A model generated the notes under the pieces. That model did no database searches, was not told the DNA's origin, and worked only from the letters and a program-made list of their open reading frames with translations. From NCBI GenBank assembly GCA_001179505.1, contig CDMY01000365.1, positions 1-64,000 of the forward strand: DNA of 64,000 bases, given 5' to 3'. This DNA is from Vitrella brassicaformis CCMP3155. Lineage: Eukaryota > Protista > Chromerida. Below are positions 37,948 to 47,321 of the stretch, piece by piece. The position numbers were made by a program, and so were the translations under genes. The stretch's first letter is position 1, and every line of letters begins with the position of its first letter.

Positions 37948-39415
37948 GGCTAGCCCCGCCCTGGGGATGAGCGCCATTATGGCCTCACACAGGGTGGGTG
38001 ACCCACTCGCTGACTGAGCTGCTTGTGCATGGAAATGACCTGTGCCTGCGTCGGTGCATTGCTGGCTGGGGTGGGTGCCTGATGGTGTCGTCAAATGGCC
38101 GTAGGAGACCAGGGGGCCGTGGCAGACGATCTTGCCGTGGCAACTAGGTCTCCAGGGGGCGATTGGCCAACCACGGGCACTCACGCCGTGCAGAGTGATG
38201 CTGGGTATGTCTCGTCTGGGTAATGGAGCGGTTCATTCAGCGGCCGTGGCTGGCATGCATGGCATTCATGCGTGAAGGGGGATGGCGGGATAACGAGTGA
38301 TGCTGTCTCGCCGAACGGCTCTCAGAGCAAGGTGGATGGCTGAGGGTTGGTTGTCTCGCTTTCCCTCGTCGCGTCACGTCCACAAGGCTGGCCATGTGCC
38401 TGCCTTGCTGTCGTGTGTGCTGTGTCCGGGGGGGTGGGGGGCTGTTGATTGATGGCTGGATTGCTGACATGATTTTTGGTGTGCTGGTTGGGGGAAGGGC
38501 AGCGAGAAGAGCTGTACAGAGACACACACACGATTGCGTGAATGGATATGGACGGATTGATGTGAGTTCTGTCTGTGTCCATTCTTGATGCTTCCCGTCC
38601 CTTACTACTGTCCGTGCCATCCGTTCAAGGCTGGCAGCCACGCAGCCGTGAATGAGTGGTGCTGGCAGCAGAGACGGTCGGGAAGTGTCAACGAACACGG
38701 ACAAGGGTGCAGCCAGCCACGAGCAGGCATCATCGTGTGTTTGTCATCGCGCGAATGATCCTTGCCCATGAAAGCTCTACGTGAGATTTGGGTGGGGAGA
38801 GAGGCAGCGGACAGACACAAAGATAGATAGGCGCTGTGCTGTGTGGCTGTGGTGGCAGCGATGCCATTCATTGTGCTGGCTCGTTAACACAATCGTGATT
38901 GACTGGTTTCAACATCCCATCCTGGTGTTGTGCTGTGGTTGAAAAACGTGTCACGTTTCTGCAGAGCATTCGTGTCTGTCTCCTTCCGTAAACATCCGTC
39001 AGGCACTTCACAAGGAAAGCGCACACACACGCATGCACATGCATCGGGAGCACCCATCCCGCCATTAGTGGTGGCCTCCCAGTGTTGTTCTCATCCCACA
39101 GCCTTGGTGTGGTGACTTACAAAGCGTGTGGCTACTCAGTCATCACTCATGGGCGTCAGGGCAGTCGCGAACGGTTCGCAAATCAGCTTCCTTTCCTCTG
39201 CTGTCCGTCTGTCCACTTACTTATCTGTCTGTCCTTCAGTACCTGCCGCTACAGCAGCTATGCATGTCAGTCAGTAAGTTTGGTACACCTACATAACTAC
39301 CTCCCTCCCTCCCTCGCTCTGTATGTAACCTACAAAGTGACGCTAGCTAAGCACTTACACACCCCTCCCTCCCCCTTGCTGCTGTGTCTGTCACCCCTCC
39401 CCACCCCCGTCCCCG

Positions 39416-42400
39416 TCAGGTTCCCTTTGTGGCGTCATCGAGGTACTTGGAGGCCCTCCCCAGCGCGTCGCAGACGCCAGCGAAGGTTTTCTCGGCGATG
39501 GAACTGTAGGCCACTTTGTCCTCGCCCGAAGCCGTCCGGTAGCGGACGATGAAGGCCCTGAGGTCCACCCGCCACTCGATGGGGTGCTGGATGCGCGCCG
39601 ATATCTTGTCCTTGTTAGTCAGGTTGGCCACACTCAGCATCATCTGCGCTACGTGGCTCACACCTGCATCGTCCAGCTCGCGATTGGGGTTGGTCTCCGC
39701 CGACCCGCCCGGCAGCATCCCAGACAAAGCCGCAGCGGCGTCAAGACCTGAAGGAAGCATTGACAGGAACCGATTCGATCGACAGCAGATGACAGCACAG
39801 CAGTCATGTGTGTGTGTGTGTGTGTGTGTGCCTTTCTCACTCTCACCGTGTATGTTGGGCTGTCCGTTTGGCAGCAGACCTCTCTCGCCATCGTCCACCA
39901 TGCCGTTGGCATCCCCAGCCAAAGCAGCACCCATCGGACCCTGTCGATGCATCCCACCGCCGAATGTCGGGCCACCCCCACCGCCAGCCGCTGCTGTTGT
40001 TGCTGCCGCTGCTGCTGCCGCTGCTGGTGGTGGTGCCGCTGGTTCGGCAGCCGCATGGCCATCTGCTGTTTGTGAGGGGAGAGGGAGGTGGGGCGGATGG
40101 GGCCGGGGGGAAAAGGGGCGTGCTGCAGTGTTGAGGGCGGCGGACGGCGGTGTGTCGAGCCTGGCGGCCATGACGCACTCCATGACTGCTGACGTGACAC
40201 CATCGACCTCTGCCGACGGGTCAGAGTGGACCATGGCCTCCCGGCCGATGCCCTCGAGCTCATCCAGCTGTGTGTCGCGGAAGGCCGCGGCGGCGTTGAG
40301 GGCTCTCTGGACGGCCTGGACGGTCTTGTATGCGACTCTGAAGAGCCGGCGTTGGGGCGAGGGGTGGATGGCCACCCACACACGGAAGTGGCCCCACAGG
40401 CGGCTGGGCGTCCCTCCCTCCCACTCGATGAAGGTGTACTTGCCGCGCCACAGCTGGTCCACGGGATGGCTGCCCGGCTGCTGCTGCTGCTGCCGATGGG
40501 TGTGGTGGTGCATGTCCTGTGCCCTGAGCCGGTCCAGCAGTGTGTGGGCGATGTGCGTGATGGCCGCCTGTGAGCCCGCCACGGTCGTGAGGTCATAGCC
40601 CGCCACCGAATGGTCCAGACTCATGTCGGACGCATCCACCGACACACCTGAACACGACATCAGACATCATAAGATGACACGAGACGCATTCATCACCATC
40701 ACCTAATCGATGTGTCTGTCTGTTCGTTTCTGTATGTATGTGTGTGCGTCTGTCCGACTGACTCACTTGGCCTTGCAGCGCCGTCTTCTGTGGGCCCGTG
40801 TGGTGTGCGGCTCCTCTTGCTGCCCACCCCACCTGCCTGTCGCCTCATGTCGGCCTCCCTTTGCCGCATCATAGCGTGCAGCCGCGCCACCCCATCGGCG
40901 TTGAACCGCCTCTTGAGGGCCGCCATGCACTGCTGACCGCCCTGGTGCTGGCACCCACGCACCTCGTCGAGCGCGTCACTGGCCGTCTGGAGGGTGAAGA
41001 GCGGCATGAGGCAGTTGCGGACGTCGACCGCGGCCTCGAATGCGCTCATGACGGATGCGTGTGTGGCGGTGAGGGGCACTTTGAAGCAGAATGGGGCGCG
41101 GAATACGTGTGAGATGGACTCGTGAGTGAAGGTGAGGTCGGATGGCAGCAGCAGCATGAAGGCCGTGACCGACTGGGAGTCCTGGTCGATCTCCCCGGTG
41201 TTGATCCATGAGTCGGGGTACTTGATGCGCAGCTGGCTGTCGTACATCTGCAGGTCGCCCATGATCTCACGGGCAAAGTCCAGCGTCTCGGCGGGCGACA
41301 GGGCTGAACGAAACAGACAGACAAGCACGAGAAAGCATCAATCTCACGTCGATTGATTTGATGCCTTCCTTTGTTTGTCTTGTCTCTGTCTGTCAACTGA
41401 CCTTGTGCGCCTTTGCGTGTGAGATGCCTCCTGCACTGGTCGGCCCGGTGCCGGTTGGTGGCTTCGACGGTGTCCATGGCGGCCTGGACACATATCCGCA
41501 CCTGCTCGGCCTCCTCGGCAATAGTCGACATGGCCATCTGCACCATGCCCTGACCGTCGACCGCCACCCGATACCTCGCCCTCACGGCAGCCATGGCACC
41601 CTCAGCACGCTTCTTGTGCTTGGCCAGCCACGCCACCATGGCCACACGCAGCGCCGCCAGAAGGCTCTCGAGTGTGCTGTCTCGCGGGGGGAATGTCTGT
41701 GCGGTGATTTCGTCTCGGAAGTGTCTGGGGGCGGGGTCCCATGTGATGAAGCCGCCCAGGGGGCCGGCGGCCGACAGCTGGTTTAAGAGGGCCGACAGCA
41801 GCTGGACGGCGTAGTGCTGCTGCTCCCGCGTGCTCAGCACCGACGACTTGTCGATGAAGGTGAAATACTCTGCGGTGCAGACAGAAACAATACAAACAGC
41901 GGAGGATTCACACAACACACAGCTGCCTGGAGGGATGGATTCTCGCTCACCTTTGGGTCTGGCATCTTGCTGTTCGTCCTTCTGTGCCCCGCTGCTGTCC
42001 TGCCTCCGACTCGTCAGCGCCCGAGCGGCCTCCCTGTTCCAGCAGTCGACAGCCGACTGCAGCGCCCTCGCCAAGCACCTCACCGTGCCGCACTTGACGG
42101 CCAAGTGGTGCCGCTTCTTGCGGATGGTGCTCTGGGGATTGAGGGAAGTCACGACGCGGAAGTAGTTGCCCTCCGCCTGCCATGAGATGCCCGCGGCCTC
42201 CTGCTGGTCGGGATGGGGCTCGTCCCTTGACGACTGGGGGCTGTCGCCGTCGGCCGCGGGGATGGGGCTGGGGCTGCTGCGTGATCCCCCGCCCTGTTCA
42301 CGCCTCGTCTGACACACACAGACGGACAGACGCGAGAAGTGTGTGTCCATCCATCCATGAATCGAAGGGGGTATGGTATGCTCACTTACCGTCGTGTCTG

Positions 42401-43926
42401 CAGGGGCGCCGAGCCCTGGGTGTTTGACGAGGACGTCGCCCTCCCCAAGCCGCTCCAGCGCTTTCTTGGCGATGGCCGCCATCTCCTGGCCATCCCCTAT
42501 CCACGTCTTGACCGCCTGACGGCCGCCGTCGACATGGTCAAACACCCCGAGCAGCATCAGGGTGTTGCCGAAGAACCGCCCCTCATCGGCCACACACCGA
42601 TCCAGCTCGCTCCGTGCGTCCTCGAGCACCTCGGTGAGGACACTGCTGATATTGTCGTTGGATATGTCGCGGCCCCGCCAGCCGAGCTGCTCGAAGAGGG
42701 CGTTGCGCATCTGGGTGGCCTCGTAGAGGGTCGTCAGCACCGTCTCCACCTGCTGCTGGGAGAGCGATCGGAGGCCAGGCATCGTGTGGGAGTGACCGCT
42801 CGTCTGGACTCGGAAGCGGCCCACGTCGCCCGCCCAGTGGATGGACAGCTCGCGCCTTCCGGCCTCCCACTCTTGCCTGGGTAGGCCGTTGGCCGTGTCG
42901 CCATTGCCCGATGCAGGGGCAGCAGCCGCTGCTGCAGCCGCTGCTGACGGTGGTGGTGGTGGTGCAAGTGCCGTGTCGTTGTCGATGTCGATATCCACGG
43001 CCACGTCGGGGGTGTCCTGCTGTTCGTCATCAGTGTCCATTTCCTCCTCGTGCATCGTCTTGAGCCGATCGACGACCATCCGGCCAAGGGCATCCAGCTG
43101 AGAGAGGTCCAGAGGGCGGCTGGAGGGGGGCACCGCGGCCACACCTGACCATCACGACAAAGCACAAAGTAGCAAACCATCCACCCGTACAAGTGCGCGC
43201 GACATGCCCAGTGGCTCGAATCGTACCCTCGGTTGTGCATGCGGCGTTTGCGAGTCCTCCCTCGGCTCTCAGCCCCAGCCGGTCGCGCACCGTCAGCTCC
43301 TCCACACGCAGCCGATCGCGGAACACAAACGCCGCACTCACCGCCTGCTGCAGTGTCGCCGGCGAGAGGTACTGCACCGACAGCTCATAGCACTCCTGCT
43401 GCCTGGCCGCCTCCCCAAAGCGCCAGGCAAGCGGCATGAACTCCCACAGCTCGCTCTCCACCCGCACGTGCGGATCTCTGGCGATCCGCAGGACCACCCC
43501 GCCCCTCCCTGCTTCAGGGGACCTGACCGAGATCTCACGGTGCCTGCCGTGGGCGACCCACACTGTGCGGCGGTTCTCCGCCCGCCTCGCACGCAGCAGC
43601 TTCTTGATGTACACACGCGCCGAGTCGATGGAGACGATGCCGTCTGAGTGCGTCACAGCCTGGTAGTAGCCGGCTGATTGCGAGGGGGGAAAGGGCAAGG
43701 GAGCGGCTCCCGCACGGACACTGGTGGATGTGGGACCTGCCGTGATGGCGTCACGCGCGGATGACGATGCAACATCAATCTCGTCCAGGCCGTTCGGAGG
43801 CGTGGCGCTCCGGCCACTCATGTGCCGCTTGGACGGTCGGGTGCCATCCGCTGCTGGAGGCTGCACTCGAGGGAATGGATGCCGCGGGGGTGCTTGGCGG
43901 TTAGAATGAGTCGGGCCTGGGAACAT
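39416..43926 (-). CDS. Large protein with about 7 degenerate AP2-like modules (ApiAP2-like putative DNA-binding protein), 6 exons
   Basis: The six-exon model is phase-consistent (junctions near 43230/43145, 42390/42310, 41950/41870, 41400/41305, 40768/40650, 39845/39748). The coding model is well supported. The AP2-like call rests on motif resemblance, e.g. IEWRVDLRAFIVRY..SGEDKVAYSSI..DALGRASKY and HFRVWV..RRLFRV..RALNAAAAFRD. Confidence 0.7.
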
Positions 43927-44444
43927 GATGTCACTCAACCGAACCCCGCACTCGTTGATTGACGCCCAGATCTTCACAAATGGATCACGACATCCACATC
44001 ACAGCCACGATGAGGCCATGTGAGGGAAGCGGCAATCCCACGACCTGGCATTAGCGGCTTCACGGAAGACCCTGTGCAGTCCGCGTTGGTTGCGGCGTCA
44101 GACGTGTGGAAGAAACTAAACGTACGTATCCAAATGTACGTATGTCTTATCATCCATCGTACGTAAGGCTGCCTCTGACTTTATACACAGCGACTGTCTC
44201 ATCCAATCCACACACACAAGACATCCACAGCCCCTAACACACCCACCCTACCCATCTGATCTGCCGTGTTCTTCTGTGGATACACTCACGAGTGCAGCCC
44301 CTTGGTGACGTACGGTGGCAGATAAAGCGATGTCTGCACCTCAGCCGCGCGGACAGCACTGCACGCCCCCGACATGACCAAGTCCCTAACACACACACAC
44401 ACGCAGCTGTACCCACGGCGGTGGTGACTTTGCCTTGGTCTCCC

Positions 44445-45599
44445 TCATACACACCTGAATAGGTCTCTTCCCGGCGGCTTTGGTTTCTCCTCGTCGTAGA
44501 GCCAGATGAAGAAGTCGGTGATTTCCTGCTGCGTGAGTCCGATTTCCTCCCATGACCTTTGCCGCATCAGCCGCTCCTCCAGACGACGCAACACAAACGG
44601 CCAGCGCGACCGCTGCACAAACGCTGCCAACTGCACACATGAATGAATGCAACAAGGAAGGATCGACGATGTGATGGCGTCAGTGGGCTGTCTGCCTGTA
44701 CAGGTGTGTCTTACATGCGCCTCGGCGAGTGCGAAGTTGGGGTGATGCCCCTGTGCATAGAACTGCACCAGGTCATCAAACGACCTGACCACTGGGCCCT
44801 CCAGAGCGCCCGCATCAGCAGTGTCCACCACTAGCCGCGGCACGGGCCATGGCTGCATGAGGTCCCACACGTTGAGCATCTCCCTCAGCAGCACCGACGC
44901 CAGCAAGACGCTGTTCTCGATGATGGGGTTGAGGGTCATGAAGGGGTACTGCACCTCCATTATCGACCCCTGCGTAGACGACAGACACACCAGCTTGGTC
45001 TTGTTGCTCCACAGCATGGGGATGGCCGGGGTAGAGTTGTCGAAGCACAGCTGGTTGTAGAGCTCAAACAGGCGCTGGGCGGCGCTCTCCTGCTGTGCGC
45101 GGCTTAGGAAGGGCGGCAAGGGCGGGAAGGGCGGCGACACACGGTCCTTCAGCGCCTCCAGCTGCCTCTCAGGTGCCGAAGCGCCGCCCCTCGCTGCATC
45201 GCCAGTGAACAGCACCCCATGAAGCAGATCGAAGGCTCGGGCGCAGTCCCTCTCGATTTGCCGATGGTCCGCTTCTGACGTCTTGAGCCATGCATTCTGG
45301 AAGAACGACACCGTGGAGCGGCACAGACTGTTCTCCATGATCCGCTGCAGCGACGGATCTTCGTTGCGGAGGATCTGGCGGCACTCTCGCAGGGCATCTT
45401 CCGCATCTCGCTGCCGTCGCAAGACGACGCTCTGATGGAACTCCCGCAGCGGCAGCACCTTGGTGCCGGGGGGTGGGAAGCCTTCAAAAGCTGCATGACG
45501 ACGGTAGCAGGGCTGTCCTGCTGACTGGGCTGGCTGAAGGGCGACGGCGATGAATAGCAACGACGCCAGAGAGAGTGCTGGCCTTCTCGAGCCTGCCAT
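44445..45599 (-). CDS. Putatively secreted SprT/GCNA-like protein with a degenerate Zn-protease motif (REMLN); one intron about 44634-44714
   Basis: Signal peptide MAGSRRPALSLASLLFIAVALQPAQS. The blocks QRLFELYNQLCFDNSTP..LWSNK..TLNPIIENSVLLASVLLREMLNVW..GHHPNF parallel the SprT/GCNA pattern LYxxFNxxxFxxxLP..WNxR..DTLIHEMCH..HGxxW. Confidence 0.7.
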   Translation of the reverse strand: MAGSRRPALSLASLLFIAVALQPAQSAGQPCYRRHAAFEGFPPPGTKVLPLREFHQSVVLRRQRDAEDALRECRQILRNEDPSLQRIMENSLCRSTVSFFQNAWLKTSEADHRQIERDCARAFDLLHGVLFTGDAARGGASAPERQLEALKDRVSPPFPPLPPFLSRAQQESAAQRLFELYNQLCFDNSTPAIPMLWSNKTKLVCLSSTQGSIMEVQYPFMTLNPIIENSVLLASVLLREMLNVWDLMQPWPVPRLVVDTADAGALEGPVVRSFDDLVQFYAQGHHPNFALAEAHVRHTCTGRQPTDAITSSILPCCIHSCVQLAAFVQRSRWPFVLRRLEERLMRQRSWEEIGLTQQEITDFFIWLYDEEKPKPPGRDLFRCV

Positions 45600-46104
45600 C
45601 TTTGCATGTATTCGTTCTTCCCGTCACTTCATCTTTGGCTCCGAAACCCTGGTGGAAAAGAAGCTGAGGGATCTGCCGCCCTCTGGTCCGTAGCTCGCGA
45701 AACCTTCAGCCGGCTGTCAGGGTTTGGGTTGCAGGGTTTGAAGGAGGAAAGTTGAACAGGAAGGCAGGGAGCAGGCCAAGGCGCAGAAGAAGCGGTGTTT
45801 ATGCTGGCTTACCGATAATCGGGGGGTGAGCCATTCATCCCACAGCTTCGCCACCCGGGCATTCGCAGAGGGCGTGTGAGGCCGCTGAGGCGTGGAGAGC
45901 AACTGGTGGAGAGAACGCTTGAGGCTGTCGGAGGCGGTGATGCGCTCTACTGGCAAATGGAATGTGATTCTACAGCTGTAGGTACGCAACGCTTGGAAAT
46001 CCTGGCGCGAGTCCTGCGTATGGAATGCTGCTCGTGTGCATGTCGGTTGGTTTGTCTCATCATCAGGTTGTTTGCCATCATCCTTGCTCTCTGGTCCCAC
46101 CACA

Positions 46105-46758
46105 ATGGACGAGGACGATGAGATGGGCGGCGGCAGCAGCCCTCGACGCCGCGGCATCAAGCGCCTCTGCCACGACCTGCCGCAGGAGTTCAACAAGAAG
46201 GTCCGCATCGGCAGCCCACACCCATCCCCGCCACCCTCACTGCCGCCCATCGACGAGGACGTCGCCATGAGAGGCGCTGGCTCTTCACAGCGAGACGGCG
46301 TGTTGGCAGCGGCTGCTCCTGCGGACCACACACACGGTGCCCATGACATGACCAATGGAGTACCTCAGCAACCCCAGCAGACAGCAGAGGGACGACCAAT
46401 CGCACCCGCGAGCCAGCGAAATGATCTCCTTGCACCTCTCCCACCCCACCACCACCACCAGCAGCAGACGAGCGAGCCGTCCGACGAGCAGCGTGGCATC
46501 GTGTTGGGCCGCGGGATGCCGCCTGGCTCCTTCTACCAGTACGTGAATCGTGACCTGGGGCAGCTGCATGCGGAGCGGTCGCATCGGCAGACTCATCATC
46601 GGCCGATGATGCACCGGTCTGGCTCAGCGCCGGGCGGCCTGCGGTCATCTGGGGGTATGGGTATGGGTGGGGCGGGGGATCAGGGTGAGGGTCAGGGTGA
46701 CATGTCGTATGGCGAGGTCAACAGGATGATACGAGACCTGCACTTCGGGGGCAGGTAG
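46105..46758 (+). CDS. Small disordered protein, FAM104/VCF-like (basic NLS plus YxxxNxxLxxLH helices)
   Basis: Single exon from the ATG at 46105. It contains RRRGIKR and NKKVRI near the N-terminus, plus FYQYVNRDLGQLHAER and a C-terminal SYGEVNRMIRDLHFGGR*. Confidence 0.6.
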   Translation: MDEDDEMGGGSSPRRRGIKRLCHDLPQEFNKKVRIGSPHPSPPPSLPPIDEDVAMRGAGSSQRDGVLAAAAPADHTHGAHDMTNGVPQQPQQTAEGRPIAPASQRNDLLAPLPPHHHHQQQTSEPSDEQRGIVLGRGMPPGSFYQYVNRDLGQLHAERSHRQTHHRPMMHRSGSAPGGLRSSGGMGMGGAGDQGEGQGDMSYGEVNRMIRDLHFGGR

Positions 46759-47321
46759 AATGACGTGAGTGACGAAGAGGGGACCAGACGGGTCGCCAGC
46801 TGGTGCGGGCTGCGATGCTCTGTAAAGTACGTGAGGCGGGGTGGCCTGTGACCTGCGATGGATGCATGACTCTTTATTTCAGTGTGTCATGTAAGATCTG
46901 CGGGAAAAGAACGAAATGGTCTCGTGTGGCCCTCGGCCAGGATCAGGGGAACGTCCAGCTGCGTGATGTGACACACCTGATGTCACGTTACACACAAACA
47001 CACACGCGGGCACTGGACCTCGTTCAGCCTACACACAGACCTTCGTATCCCTCATACATACCCGTTTGCATTCTTTGCGTAGCTGGTGCGTCCTGAACCT
47101 CTCCATTGATTGTGGCTCACGGCGATGGACGGATTGCCGGTACGATGAGCCGAGCAGAGAACGGACCTGACAGCGAAGCGAAAGGCGGGAGAGCGGAAGA
47201 TCTTGTGCTGCGAGCTTGTGCGAGCTGAGAATGCAGATCTGACCCGTGAGTGTTGAAGGGCATGTGGTCCCTTTGCTGAGTCGTACCTGCGTTGCCCATT
47301 GTGCCACCGAGCTAGCGAAGG

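Noticed and set aside
37885-39100. Short minus-strand ORFs (37885..38184, 38605..38871)
   Set aside because: There is no recognisable motif or consistent exon chain, and the region is microsatellite-rich intergenic or UTR sequence.
39549-40598. Long antisense ORFs overlapping real genes (also 2918..3739, 50427..50969, 51093..51968, 61179..62565)
   Set aside because: They are shadow frames expected from high GC3 coding sequence on the opposite strand.
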